From the human T2T-CHM13v2.0 reference genome, Homo sapiens, in the NCBI RefSeq assembly GCF_009914755.1, contig NC_060932.1: 64,000 nucleotides of DNA. One strand, given 5' to 3'. The notes beneath the pieces were generated by a model. The model saw only the letters and a list, made by a program, of their open reading frames with translations. It did not search any database and was not told the DNA's origin. Made by a program: the position numbers and the translations under genes. This document shows, piece after piece, positions 42,747 through 60,078 of the stretch (its first letter is position 1; each line of letters starts with the position of its first letter).

Positions 42747-44163
42747 GTAAGTAATAGATTGTGTTAATAAATTACATTTCACCGCCTTTAATAGTTAGCT
42801 TGTAAGAATCTAAACAAGAAATGAAACATGTCACTGGAAAGAATTACAATTGAGATTATAAAAGTTTCTATTCCGAACATCTGGAAAAAATAATTTAGGT
42901 TTGTTAAGTATTGCAGGACTTGGAGGGAAGTGGTGATGTAGAAAGATGAGCAAGATATGGCTCTTAAAGAGTAATTTGATGGAGAAGAAAAAGTACATAC
43001 CTGAATTACAACTGGAGACATAATGTTACCTGGGTTTTAACAGGGAGACAATGTTGTGGAACCAGCTTCATTTACCAAGCTCTCAACCTTGGAGCAGCAA
43101 GTGCTGTTTCCACTCTCTAAAACATTCTTCCTTCTCTTCCTTTTTAGCTAATTCTAGCTCAACTATCAGGTCTAATTTATATATTGTCTCTTCAAGGAAT
43201 GTTTTTAAGTCCCAAATACCTTGTTCCATCATAGCATTTAATCAACATTGTGTTCTAACAATCTACTTGGCTAGTTTGTATCCTCCAGTATAATCTAAGT
43301 TCTTTAACACCAAAAACAACATTGTATACCCAGCATCTAATGCTTTGTTTGGTTCATAATTGGCCACGTAAATATTTGCAGAATCAACAGGTTTAGAAGT
43401 ACAAAGAAGGGGCTGAGGAATCAAGAAAGGCTCCCAGAGGCAGGGTTATAAAGTGAGTAAGACAAATATGTATAAGGAAGAGGCAAATATGTATAAGGAA
43501 GAGGGGGAATCTTTCAACTCAACCCGGGCATTCAGGTGATCATGTAAGATCTCACACAATAAGAAAAAGAGGTGCATCTGTTGCTGACTTTATTTTTGGA
43601 TGATGGGAGTCATTTAAAGTTTTAAGAAAGGAAATGACTAGATCACATTTACACTTTAGGAATCTTACTCTGTTGGTGTGGAGCTTGGACTTGAAGGGGA
43701 CAAGATAGATGGCAGAAAAATGAGGTAGAAGATTATATAGGGTTGAAAATGGAAAACTCCAAAAATTGGAAGGAGACCTTAGAATTTTAATAAAATGTAG
43801 AAACAGCAACCCTCAAAATGAGGAAGGAGGCATCGATAACTGCCTTGGGTAGCTTTAGAGGATAGTACTGCTGGTAAGGAGTACGGATTGTATGTTGTTT
43901 TTTTTTTTTGTTGTTTGTTTTTGATTCATGCAGCTTCAAGTTACTGAGTTTCTATCATATGCCATGCCCTGTTAAGGTGTTGGAGGTAACAGTAGTAGAC
44001 AAAAATGGAGACTTTGTTTTCACAGAGCTTGCATTCTAATGGGAGGAGACAGATAAAACTGTGTAATAATGTCAGATGGTGATGAGCACTAGAGGAACAA
44101 TAAAGCAGAAAATAAAGAGGTGTAATATTTTAGATAGAAAAAACAAAGAAGAAATCAGAAGGA

Positions 44164-44513
<350 letters not shown>

Positions 44514-45861
44514 TCATTTTTGAGGAGCACAGGGATGCTAGGGAGACTGAGTAAATTGGGTGAGGGAGAGTGGAGATTAAGTCAGTGGCATAGCTGGGGA
44601 GAAGGCAGATCATGAAGGATCATGTAGGCTGTAATAAAGTCTTGGAGTTTTATTCTGAGTAAATTGGGAAGGCACTGGAGGTTTTTGAGCAGCAGGAGAA
44701 GAACTAAGTGTACAAGGGAAGAAGCAGGGAGACAACCTAGAATGCTATGGTAATATTCTAGAGAAGAGATGATGGCTTGAACTAGAGTAGTAATGGCGGA
44801 GATAGTGAGAAAGGTGAATTCTAGGTATATGTTTTAAATTGAACCCAATAGGATTTGCTCATAAATTGGATGTGTAGTGTTAACAAGGCAGCTGAGTGGA
44901 AGGATACTACAGAGATTCCTAGTCTGAGGAACCAGAAGAATGGAATTGCCATTCTCAGAAGAAGAACAAACAGGATGAATTGGTAGAAAATCAAAAGTTG
45001 GATTTTGGCCCTATTAAGATTGAAAGACCTAATTAAATATTAAGATGAGAATGTCACATAGTGGATGTCTAGGGATAGTGAAAGTGGTTTGCAGGGAAAG
45101 AGAATTTGTTTGGGATGTGACATTTTTAACCTGAGAAGTTAAATGATTTAGGTTGAGGATTGAAGATTTGTAAAAGTGGATATGGCAAAAGGATAAGAAA
45201 ATATTTTATTGCACCTGTGATGCCATTAGTTGCATATACACTGCCACTTTTTTGCCATCGAGAGAAAGAAAACACTGGGGGCATGCCAATTACTGAATCG
45301 TTAAAATGTGGGGAGAACAACGGTCTTACAGTCAATGAAATACCATTGTCATTTTGTAGTTTAGAAGGGCCTGATAGGCTGGGATCAAAGAGGTGGGTAG
45401 CCTGTGAAGTTAGAGGTAATGGGGGAAATAGTAGAGCTAAAGGGTAAGAAGTTGAGGTTAAAGAATGGATTTTGGAATTTGAAGATTTCGAGGTGCAGCT
45501 GCTCCAGGTTCAGTTAATACTTTCTAGATGTTGTACAAGACCCATGATATTCCTGTTGGTAGAGGACGGTGGAGAGTATATAACGTGGCCAAATAATAGA
45601 GCTTCTTGAAAAGTATTTTAGCCCCTCCACTTCATTTAATTTCACTCATTAAATGAGACCCAGATGAAATGAAAGGCCTAGAATTTAAGTACTTGCATGA
45701 GATCAAAGAACTATTTAGCATTTGAACCAAGATTAGGCCACAGTTAAAGTTTTGTAACTGGAAGGCAGGGAATTTTTAGTTGAACACTGAAACTTTGCTT
45801 CATACATTCCTGTCTAAGATGTTATACATTGTTCAATTTGAAAACACTTCTGTTTCAACAG

Positions 45862-45932
45862 CCTCAAAGAGTTGCTGAGAGCTAAATTAATTGAATGTGG
45901 CTGGAAGGATCAGTTGAAGGCACACTGTAAAG
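45862..45932 (+). CDS. ENY2: ENY2 exon 3 ([23 protein letters not shown])
   Basis: tttcaacag|C acceptor, AAG|gtaatc donor, 71 nt; conserved ECGWKD motif. Confidence 0.96.
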
Positions 45933-47030
45933 GTAATCAGTTTCATTTGGAAGATAAACTAATCCCATTTTTCTGATCAGGATTGGTTTGGGGGTTGCTT
46001 ATTTTAAGGTATATTGAGTATTCAAGCATGATTTTAAACAAATATGGAATTTAATCTTGTAATGGTTTCCTCTTGGTGGCATATGTAGACCTAATTCCCA
46101 AATTTTTAGAAATTTTCTGTTTCTGTTAAGCGTGAGCACTTAAGATTTTCTCTGGCATCAGAATATGGAATCTCATGTCTTTCAGCAACTTTATTGTTTC
46201 TTATGTTTTAACTTAAATGGAACACTTTAGGGTTGGCAGACTTATAGAAATTATCTCTTTCCTGTCTTTAACAGTGAATATTTGAAAAATTCATCTATGA
46301 AAGCTCTTAGAATGCACTTAAAAAAAAAGTAGAAGGGAAGCTTATTAAATTGCTGGGTATTGTTGATGATACCATTTGATGGATTATACATGTCACTAAG
46401 GGGAGCCTCCTTTCTGTCTCAGCTTTTGATATAATGGAACTCTGGATATTTTTAATGAATCCCCATTGTAATGGTTTCTACAAATAAAAATAAACTATAT
46501 GTTAACTGTAAGAAGGCAATGTGACAAATTAGTAAAAGCATAGACTTTAAGGTCATATAGATTTTCATCACTGAAAGAATAGAGCTGGATTTCAACTCAG
46601 GGCTGGATGACTTATTTAAGCCTCAGTTGCTTCACCTGTGAAGTGGGAAAATGCCTAGCCCATTAGATCATCGTGAATATTAAATGTTGTAAAGCACCTA
46701 ATAGAGATCTAGTAAATGTTAATTAAAACAGTTAGTTATAAGTTTTTGGCATTTTACAGATGTTAGATTTGAATATTACAGTCTAAATTTATTGTAAGTG
46801 TCACAATTATTTAGTTGCTGGTTATTTAGCTGAGACTTACGAACAACTTTTATCTTTTAGATCTAAAGAATACTTGATGTGTTTGTAAGGTTGAACTAAA
46901 TTTTCAGTGTCCTTTTTTTAAAAAAACCAGTCTACACTCTAAAAACATGATCTTAACCCTTCCTCTATGAAAATCTTTCTTACAGATAATGATTTTAAAT
47001 GATATGATTTGTTTTTTGCTTTTGCATAAG

Positions 47031-47105
47031 AGGTAATTAAAGAAAAAGGACTAGAACACGTTACTGTTGATGACTTGGTGGCTGAAATCACTCCAAAAGG
47101 CAGAG
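47031..47105 (+). CDS. ENY2: ENY2 exon 4 ([25 protein letters not shown])
   Basis: tttgcataag|AG acceptor, GAG|gtaagg donor, 75 nt, frame preserved. Confidence 0.96.
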
Positions 47106-49056
47106 GTAAGGAATACAGAGTTTGTTAAAGGAAACATGCTGCAGACATGATTTTTTTAAAATCTCTTGCTGGTTCAGATTTTCTTTCTGTTTTTAAGGAA
47201 AAGCACTACCTGTGTTGCCTCTTGTAAAGAGTTAAAATTGCCTACCTGCCTCCTAGCATAGTCTGGGAGTAACAAATGAGATACTAGGTTTCAGTGTTCT
47301 TGTACTCTAGAACAGTGCACCAATGCAAGTTGATACAGTTGTTCAAGCAAATAATTTTTAAAATACGGGATTCTGCAGTGTCAAATACTACATGAAGCTA
47401 GGATTTATAAACTTTATCAGATATGGCATGACTCCACTTAAATATTTAATAATTCAAAGTCTTATTCCAACCCCTGAGTCATTGCCCCTTTATCTCATTA
47501 AAAATTAATGAAGGTCTGTCTTAAATGTCTACTTAAGAATTTGGTAGCTCCATGACTTCATGTTCAGAGTAATTCATATTTAAGACTCACAATGCAACCA
47601 CCTTCTTAATTTCAACCTTTAATGCCTTGTTTACAGAAGGCAAAGTTAAGATGGGAAATATTATGTTAAAACTGATGATGTGTAGTAAATGTTGTCAGGA
47701 GCTACATCATTGTTATCTTAGATATAACTACATTATTTTCATTTACTTTGGTAAAGTTGGGGTTGTAACTGGAAGGTAAATTAGATGGCCCAAGTTGTTT
47801 TCTCACACAGAAATTGTGAAAAGAATTTAAGTGTAAAAAGTAAATAAGTTTGAAAATTATTACTACAGAACATGAATTTTTGAACTCCTCCCTGCTGGGA
47901 ATAAGCTATAGAATCCCATGGTCCTTGTCAGCCATCTCTTTAGGCCTGTTTACAATTGAAAAACATGACTTTTTCTTCAAGTATGTCTCGGGGAAAGGAA
48001 AAAAAATTATTATTCCCCTTATGAATTTATATTTTTAAATTTCTCTAAATTGATTTTGTTTTTGTTTTCTTCTGTGACTTACACTTATTCTGTTAACATT
48101 ATTTAGGAACCAGCTATACAAGTTAGAAACTATCCTTTGCTTCTCCTTCGATACTTAAAACCTTGGACATTTCAATGTCTTGTAGCTCCCCTGCTAGAGA
48201 ATGAGCAAATAAAAGAGAAGTAAAAATAGATATTTTAATTTATGTTCTTAGTCTTCTTACTGTTGTTAAGAGAAGACATACTTTTTAACACAGTAAAATT
48301 GTCGTTTTTTAGTGTGCAGTTCTGTGAACTTTATACATATGTATAGGTTCGTGTAGCTACCACCGTCAGGATACAGAACAAACAGTTCCCTCACCACCAA
48401 AACCTCCCTCATGGTATTCCTTTATAGTCCCATCTTATTTCAAGGCAACTCACTAATCCTGTTCTCAATCACCATAATTTTGATTAAAATTATTTTTAGT
48501 ATACATATTGATTACATTTCCAGTGGACTTGAATTAATTATATAGTCTTGATTTGTAGGTTGGCTTAAACTAAACAGTTTGTAAAGAAGAATATCTGGCT
48601 TATTTGATTTGTATAACTTTTTTATGGAAATACTGAACTGTATCTGAAGTTTTCCATTTCCCCAGAACACAAGTAAATACGTTAGAAGTTTTAGTTAACC
48701 CCCCCCTTTTTTTTTTTTTGCATTTATGGTTTAATATTCTGAATAGATAATAGTCAAATGGGTCAAAAGTATAACATATAACAGTTGTAATTTTTTGGAT
48801 TTTTACTAGCTCGGAGTGTATATATGTGAATTATTTCAGTAAAATACAGATTACCTTCTAAAACATATACCAGTTTATACTCCACGTAATATGAGAGTGC
48901 TCCCTTAGTCTTGCCAACACAATGTTGCCAACAGTGTGTATGTATACATATATATTTTTACATATGTGTATACTTAAAATATATATTATGTATGTTTATA
49001 TAGTTTATGTATGTATATAAATGTATATTTTTATATATGTATAAATATATATACCC

Positions 49057-49388
<332 letters not shown>

Positions 49389-49946
49389 TAAAATATGCTA
49401 TGTAAATGTGGTTTTAATTTCATTTGTCTTCTGAGATGGGGACCCTTTTATGTTCAAAAACTCTCCTTTTCTTCATCTCTTTTGTTCATGTTTCTATTAG
49501 CCTTTTGATCTTTTCCTTATCAGTGTGAAACAACTGTATAGTAGAAAGATCAGCCCTTTTCTGGAAGAACATTTCCTCAGTTTTTATCTTTTGGCCTTGC
49601 TTATGGTGATTTTTCATTCAGCATAAATTGTTACTATGTTTTAATCAAATTTATCCATCTGTTATAGCCTCTGTATTTAAAAATGGTCTTCTTTACTCCT
49701 AAAGAATTTTCTCACGTTTTCTTCTCATCAACATGCAGTGCATTTAGGCATTGGATAGTTCATTTAAAATGATGAATTGCAAGAAGACACTTTTCTTTGT
49801 CAGATAACTTTACCTTTTTTTTAATTGAACATGAGGGTTATTTATGAAATTCTTATGTTGTTTACCCTGAGCAAAATGTCAGATCTTAAATTCTCATGTA
49901 TTAATTGGTACCTTCTTACTCTTATTTTTTTATTTTTGTTTTTCAG

Positions 49947-50023
49947 CCCTGGTACCTGACAGTGTAAAGAAGGAGCTCCTACAAAGAATAAGAACATTCC
50001 TTGCTCAGCATGCCAGCCTTTAA
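49947..50023 (+). CDS. ENY2: ENY2 exon 5 coding part ([25 protein letters not shown]); total CDS 306 nt, 101 aa
   Basis: Long pyrimidine tract + cag acceptor; TAA at 50021-50023; exon lengths sum 6+77+71+75+77=306. Confidence 0.96.
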
Positions 50024-52500
50024 GATTGAATTAGATTGTGTTGTTGTGGTTTTATTTCTGAAAGTAAAACTTGCCATAAATTAGAAAACAATTTCCCAAA
50101 ATAAAATCCTTTTTTGTATGATGGTATACAGTTTTCAGTAATGATGTATACATTGTATTGATTTTTTTCCCTAAATGTGTTATTTTAATAAATATCTCAT
50201 GAATGAGTTTGAAGTTTGCTTGGATTTTGAAATGAATGGGACTTTGTCTTTATTACTAATTCACCAAATTTGTTGAGCGCAAAAGCAATTAATGTAGTTT
50301 AAGTATTTAGTATGTACAGTTCTCTGTGTTAACAGCTGAGAAGTAAGCAACCTTTTCTGACTGCATATGGTGTATTCCTCTTTTGAGTCCCCATAATATT
50401 TTATAAATTGTAATGCCCCATCTTGTACTACAGTTGTCTTATTCGTATTGTTTATAAACTTTGAGGGTTAGGACTGGGTCTTACTCATCTTTATGTGCCT
50501 TCCTTATGCTTCAAAGAATTTACCATCTAATGGAAGAGAACATTTGCAAGTTGGCTCCATACCAAGCTCCTTCCACATACTCTACTCATCTGAACTTTGA
50601 ATGCAGAATCTTTAAATTGCAACCCCACATACTAAGGTCAAGAAAGAACTTAATGGGAATTAATCTCCACCCATTAGCTTTACCCTGACATCAGGATTGC
50701 CAAATCCAATGGACTCTTGTCTATTCTTACGTGACTTCTGCTGGAAAATGCGAATGTTGACCATCCTGCCACTTGGAACTCTCTTCCCACTCCTCACATT
50801 GCTTTTGCTACCACTGGAAGTTCCTTCTGTTTCTTGTGGAGTACCTTTTGCTGTCTGGGACTTGTAGATAATGGTGTTTCCTAGGGCTCCCTCCAGGGCC
50901 CTCTGCCTCACTAACTGGATATACTTTTCCTGAGCAAATCCCAGGAAACTTGCGTCAGACCGTGACTTCAAATACAGGTTGATAAATGCTAAACTGTCTC
51001 CAAACCAGACTTCATCCTAGCCTCCACACCCAGACACCCAACTGCTATGGATCAACTTTTTAGAATATCCTCACTTCAAACTGACCTTACCTAAAATAAT
51101 GACTTTTTCCCCCAATAATTGCCCCTGCTATATTCCTTATTTCTGAATGGTACCTCCTAGCTATATAGATTATCTGAGGAGCTTACTGAAATGCTGATTC
51201 TGAAGATAAGGGGCATGGCTTTAAGATTCTGTATTTCTGGCGAGTACCCAACTGGTGCTCATGCTGCTGATTGAGAACCACTTCTGAATATAGCAAGGCT
51301 GTAAATTATCCACTACGTGCCCTCGTAATTGTCTTAGTTCAAGCCCAGATTATTGTAGTAGACTTAGTATTTCTTTGCCTTAGTTGATCTGTGACCCCTC
51401 CAATATCTATTCCACACTGTTGCCTAAGTGGCCTTAGTAAAATTCAAGTCTGGTTATTTTATTCCCCTGCTTGGAATTTCTCAATGTAGAATGAAACTCA
51501 TTCAGCATTAACACATAGGCCCTTCTTGATCTGACATCGTGTTTCTCTAGTTAGACTAAAGAATCCCCACTATGAAGTTGTTTCATCCGTAAGTACCTTT
51601 GAACCCAGAAGCCCCCTTTCTCATATGTTTCTCATTCCTGTTTGCCCTTCAGAGTTCAGCTTTAGTTGCTAAAACATTCAGACATCCCTCTGACTTAGAT
51701 CCCCCACTACTGTTTTTCTGTGAGAAGCAGCTATGCATAATTCCTCTTCAACACAGTAGTTCTTGAAATTTTGCAGGCCTCTCCTGGAAAGGAGGAAATG
51801 ACTTCTCTGACTTTGTATGATGCTTATTTGTGGATGAATGGGCAAGGGAAAAAATGAAGGAACAAGTGAATGAACAGTATGGGAGTATGAGAAAAGGTAT
51901 AAATTGGGTATAGTTGAGAAAAGGATTCAAATTGATCTTTGGTTCGAGAGACAATTTCATCTTTCTGATGAATTTAAAGTGTAGTCTTTGAACCAGCTGG
52001 GCTTAATTATGTAAAGTTTTGAGCCTGAGATAAGCACACAATCACAAAACCTACCCAAACAAGTTTTTTGTTTCACTTCATCTCTTATAAAACAATGTTC
52101 TAAAGTAAGTGATAGGGATGCTCATCATTCTGCTACCTATTATCACAATGAAAACAATCATAAATAGTACACAGGAAAGGTGAGAAATAGCGGATAGTTC
52201 TTATTTCATAGTACTGTATATGGAAATAAACCAAATTTGCTCATAGAGATACTATTTTATTACCTCAAAAATATATAAAAATGAAAACGTTATGAAAATA
52301 TTTTAAAATGGGATTTAAAAATAATTGAGAACATCACAGCAATTTAGAATACTAAAGAGCATAGCTTTAAAATGATAGTGCTGAGAACTCCCCACCTCTA
52401 CCCCACCACCTGTAGGCTTCTTTGACAACTTACAAATGTTCTCTAGTTTGTATCTAGAATCACTTATATCTTTCAAATAAACCAACTTTGTGAACATCTT
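50024..52500 (+). terminator. ENY2: ENY2 3' UTR with alternative poly(A) signals
   Basis: AATAAA at 50100-50105, 50187-50192 and 52476-52481; cleavage sites not directly visible. Confidence 0.65.
50660..51560 (+). mobile_element. Degraded L2 (with a MER5-like insert ~51180-51290) inside the ENY2 3' UTR
   Basis: tgccaaatccaatgg, ..cctagggctc.., tctcca..ccagac, ccaactgc motifs follow the L2 ORF2 consensus order. Confidence 0.6.
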
Positions 52501-53589
52501 GACTCACATGATTGATTTCTGTAAGCTAGGAATATATTCTTTAAATTCTTGCACGCTTTCATGCTTAATGTTGGAAATTCAATAGGATTACTGTTACATG
52601 ACTGCACCAGGTGAGTAAAATACTAATTAGGATTACTGTAAGCTGCTCGTATAGGATTAAAGAAGACCCAACTAAATTATTTATGTAATCACTTTGCTTT
52701 GGCATTATAAGTGTATCATTTGGTTGAGCAGTGCCAAGCGAGGAAATGGGTGATGCTGGGGATTGGTAATTGGATATGGGACTTTTCATAACTTGATCAA
52801 AAGCTCCATCCAACTGAAGAGAGCTGTGACAGCTGTTCAGTAGCTGATGTTGGAAATGATCCAGTGTGTGGGTGCGTGTGCGTGTGTGTTTAAAACCCAT
52901 CTTGTAAATAACTCGTGTTACTCAATGACTTCATAAAACCCCTCATATTTACCATTAGAAACCACACGAAAGTCATTGGATGAATCTGCCAAGAAAACTA
53001 ATGAGTGCAATTAATGCAGGTTCCAGTCTCATCTCTAATACTGAATTACCAGGTAAGACTGACCCTTCTGCCTCAGTTTCCTTGTCTGCATAATAGGTCT
53101 GATAGTGCTGACCTGGAAGGGATGCAAATAATAAAACAAATATTAATAGAATAAACAAAAAGTAATATGGATTCATGTTATCTTAGAAATAATTGAAAAA
53201 TATAAAATTATTTACAATGTGTTTTCTAGTTGTACAGAGATACAGTACATGAATTAAACTTGTGTGGAAAATAGCTGCTTTTATTTTTTAGGAATTTCTA
53301 ATATTAATTACCATAAGAATATCTACAAAAATGAAGATGACCAATGTAACTTGATTGAAATAGAATAAATATAACTATAGTAGCACTTAGCAGGGAGGGT
53401 TGAAATTATCTGTAGTCATCTCGCCTTTATTCTGTTATGAACTTCTCTATGACATGGACTGTATCTTATTTATCTTTGAATTTTCAGTGCCTAATAAATT
53501 ATTGGTAAGTAAGTAAGTGGCAAAAGAGAAAAATTTGGCTTGTGCCAGTTTATTCCAGGCTTCAAATTATATTTGATTATTCTGTTATC

Positions 53590-53607
53590 AGCCACAAGAG
53601 GGCACTT
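53590..53607 (+). promoter_or_regulatory. Candidate CTCF site
   Basis: AGCCACAAGAGGGCACTT is close to the CTCF core. Confidence 0.55.
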
Positions 53608-54062
53608 GAAGCCAGTATTTTGGTCCTCCTTGGGGCTCTAACTGAATTGTGTGTTCATTCAAACAGGTCCGCTTCTGATTAAGGCCACCCAGCCATTTAC
53701 TTTTTCAAGATGAAAGTGTTACTGAATTAAATCTTAATGTGAGGACTTCAGAAAGTGCTTCTTGTATAAATTAAGATGAAGCTACTGTGAGATGTAGATG
53801 TTGTTTAGCTGGGATCGTTTTCTGAAGTCAATTCAGCAATTCAAGCAAGAAGATGATTTAAATAGCATACACTGCTACTGAAATAGTCTATTTCACTTAC
53901 TTTATCAACAATAATAATAATAATAAGCACAGTAAATTCTTAATAAAAATGAAAGAAAAATAATTTTCAGTGTTTATTTTCCTTGCTGTACCTTTCTCAT
54001 AGCCTTTTTTAAAGGTAATAATATTCATATTTTCCTTTTTAAATCTGTATCACTTTATCAAA

Positions 54063-54088
54063 ACACACACACACACACACACACACAC
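54063..54088 (+). repeat. (AC)13 microsatellite
   Basis: Direct reading. Confidence 0.9.
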
Positions 54089-55939
54089 TATGAATAGAGC
54101 CTTATATTATGCCAAAACCCTGTGGCCACTGAATGAATGTTGACTTTTGATTACAATGGTAAAACACGTCAATAAACAAAGGCATGTAGAACCTGCAGTC
54201 CTCGTGCTACGTTGTTCATAAAGTAATTTTGGGTACAGGAGTTGGTGCCAGTGCTTATCACATCCATTAATACCTCGACTTTGTGCCTGGGATCACTAGA
54301 ATTAAATGATAAAAAATGGCTTTCAGTTGCCATATAAATTTTTACCTTAAAATATTTTGTTGAGAGCACACCCTTGATAATTTATCCCTCCTAGACAGCT
54401 ACGTTTATCAAAGTTGGGCTTTTTCTGGGCTAACAGCCACAGAGTAGAATAATGGAAATAGAAATGTTTATTAAACCATAGCCTGTCTGATATGCAGGTG
54501 ATTTAAGTAATGATATATATTTTCTGATTTGAGGAGCATTCAGTTGGGCTGAGATACTGACAGTATGTGAGTGAGTGCTCTGGTTCTCTTCTCAGTTCTA
54601 CCATTAATTTCATTACTTATTTGGGGGTTCATGTGACAATTGCATTTCAACAATATATCTCAGATTTGCTAGGGATACTGGCAATATAATCAAGTAAAAG
54701 AATTATGGGTGCTTCTTTCGAAGGTGTGACCTAAAGTCAGTTATAGTAAAGAACTTTACAAATCCATGTGTATATACACACATATGTACACACATGGATT
54801 TGTGTATATGTTGTACTATTCTAGCAATGGTACTCATAAAATAATTTTGTATGTGGGGTCTATCACCCATATTTCACCTCCTACAAAAAAAAATTGGGCT
54901 TTCAGGTAGACGAATTTAGTAAAATAGAGCAGACATATTCACTGATTAGTTGCATTTCCTGTGTTTCTGATCTAATTATTTCACTTTATAAAGACTTTTT
55001 AGAGACCTTCAATGAACTCCCCCTTTATCATTATCATTGCTCCCCACATGCTGTCACTTCCCTCCTTACCAGCCTAAATTTGGTCACTATTAAGGTTAAA
55101 ATTGATCGGTTTATCGTTAGAGCCTCCTTACTATTAACCTTAATTTCTCTCTCTTTTTTTTTCTAACCACACACAGTCCTGTCTAAACCTGGCTACTCTG
55201 AAATCTTAGTCCATGCATGCACGTGTTTATCTGAACTTTGTTGAAGAAAATTACACAACCCTTCTGATAATGCTCATTTTAAAATAAAAACCACTACATT
55301 GTGAAAAATGTATTTACATGGATTTCTCAAAACGAAGTCAATGTCTTGAAGGAATGAAACACTAAAAAAAAAAGAGAAAGAAAAGCAAAAGCAAAGACAG
55401 GGCCTGTGCTAGATTAAAAGAAAGATATACTAAAGTTTAAAACAATGTGTCATCCTTGATAAATAAACAAAACACAACTATCCAAAACATTATTTGGACA
55501 TTTGGAAAAATTTAAGCATAGATTGTAGTTTCAGTGTTAAATTTCTTGAGTCTTACACTTATATTTGGGAAGAATGATCCTGTTCCATCTTGAAGTATTT
55601 AAGGATGAAGTGCCACATTGTAACTAACTCTCAAATGTTTTAATAGCAAAAACTGGTACTATATGAATAGATTATGAATAGAAAAATGAATAGAAAAAAT
55701 GATACTATATATGGAGATAAAGATTTAAAATGTGAATCTAATAGAAGTGTATACACCAACTTATTGCAAATAAGTTTAAAATTTTTCAAAATACAAGTGT
55801 GATTTTTTGCTTCATTTTTAAAATGAATAAAATATTACAGATGGCATAAAAATATTTCCTGGTTTGGGTACATTTAATATGTATGGAACAATAATATGTA
55901 TAATATGTCAGCATTCCTTTTATGTCTTTGGATACATGT

Positions 55940-55967
<28 letters not shown>
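55940..55967 (+). repeat. (TA)14 microsatellite
   Basis: Direct reading. Confidence 0.9.
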
Positions 55968-55971
<4 letters not shown>

Positions 55972-55994
55972 TTGCCTTTATTTTCTATGTTTTC

Positions 55995-58430
<2,436 letters not shown>

Positions 58431-59242
58431 TGGTTTGAAAAGAAATAATGGTCACAACCTCAAATGAACACTTTTTTCCTGCCCAAGAACTCCAGTACAT
58501 TTTCCTAGGGTATACACTTTCCTACTCACCAAAATGCCTGTTTCCCACTTCTCTCCAGCACTAATAACACTGCCTCATGCTTATCAAGGCAACAGCAGCA
58601 ATCTGACAAGAACCTGGCATGATCCCATCACCAAATTTACCAGTCTTCCTGAATCTGGACCCATACATTTAACCTTGCCTCCACTTGTCCCCTGGATTCC
58701 AGCACCTCTCTTCTTCTCAACGATCTCTCTCTTACAGTTGTCCCTCCCTCTCTTCCATTAGAATTTTAACCCTCTGCTACATCAGCCATAGCAGCATAGT
58801 CACTTGGCCTGGTAACTACATTCTTTTATAAAAACCATGTCTTGATCACGTATCTCCCTCTAGGAACAGCCCCATTCCTCTGCTCCCATTATAAGCAAAA
58901 GTTTTTAATTGGATTGTCTCTACTCCTTCACCTCCCACTCAACTCCCTCAATTTGGCCTCATGGAAATCACCATTCCATGGAATCTATGTCTAGGTCAAG
59001 AGAGATTATCACCCTCTTCAACCTCCCAAAAGCATTGATAACAAGTGATGATTCTACATCTTCAGATGCGTTCTTCTCTTAATTTCTGTACTGCAATAGT
59101 GTTCTGCTTCCCCTCTCACCCACGGCTGCTGTCTGTCAGTCTTATTTGCTAACCTGTCTTCTGCTAGACCTCTAACTGTTGGAGTTTTCCAAATCCTAAT
59201 ATTATGACCCACTTTCTTTTGTATCTTTACCCTCTGCCTAAA

Positions 59243-59540
59243 TCAGTTGTTCCTAACCTTTTCTGAGTCCCTTTGGAAGTCAAGTGAAGACTATGAACTC
59301 TTTCTCAGAATATTATGTTTAAATACACATAATAAAATTTGTAGAATTATACAGGAAACAAATTATATTAAAATTATAGTTATCAAATATTTCAAAATAA
59401 ATGCATGATATTCATCTTTATTAACACAAAAATAAGACAATATATTTTAAATACGAGTAACTTTAAAATTGTACCTTATTTTAAAAAAATCAGGGTAAAG
59501 TTGTTTCTTAACTTGGATAAGAACATTACACTGTAGGGTT
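59243..59540 (+). mobile_element. hAT-Charlie type DNA transposon fossil (MER119-like)
   Basis: cag..gttcctaaccttt start; ttctcagaata..tgtttaaat; family assigned from memory. Confidence 0.45.
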
Positions 59541-59643
59541 GTGATTGACAGGACAACATGCTTGTTACTGTTATGCAGGATATGTCGTCAATTTCAAATT
59601 TTTGTTTTAATGTTTGTAAGTATTGAAACTCTTGATTAGTTAA

Positions 59644-59646
<3 letters not shown>

Positions 59647-59674
<28 letters not shown>
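59647..59674 (+). repeat. (TG)14 microsatellite
   Basis: Direct reading. Confidence 0.9.
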
Positions 59675-59679
<5 letters not shown>

Positions 59680-59694
59680 TTGTAGCAAAAAGGA

Positions 59695-60078
59695 TATCTT
59701 ACTTCATTTGGACTGCTATAACAAAATAGCATAGACTGGGTGGTTTATAAACAACAGAAATGTATTACTTACAAACAGGAAGTTGTTTCTTATAGTTCTG
59801 AAGGTTGGGAAATTGGTGATCAAGGTGCCAGCGATTTAGCGTCTGATGAATGCCATCTTCTGGTTCATAGAAAGAATCTTTTCACTGCATCCTCACATGG
59901 TGGAAGGCGTGAATGAGGTCCTTTGGGCCTATTTCATAAGGACACTAATCCCATTCATGTGGGCTTTCCATGACCCAATCACCTTTCAAGAGCCCCCACC
60001 TCCTAACAGCATAACTTTGGTATACCATCACTTTCAATACACAAATTTTGGGAGGATACAAACATTTAGATCATAGCA
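59695..60078 (-). mobile_element. MaLR LTR (MST/MLT1A-type)
   Basis: ctgctataacaaaata..catagactgggtggtttataaacaacagaaa ... acaaacatttagatcatagca. Confidence 0.75.

Noticed and set aside
47025-47040. AG|AGGTAATT donor-like sequence 2 nt inside ENY2 exon 4 (recursive splicing?)
   Set aside because: Not the AG|GT juxtaposition required, the intron is short, and the sequence is explained by the Glu-Val codons
52565-52900. 111-aa minus-strand ORF just past the ENY2 end
   Set aside because: Begins in a (CA)-type repeat and I recognise no motif; could belong to the putative fossil gene but I cannot support that
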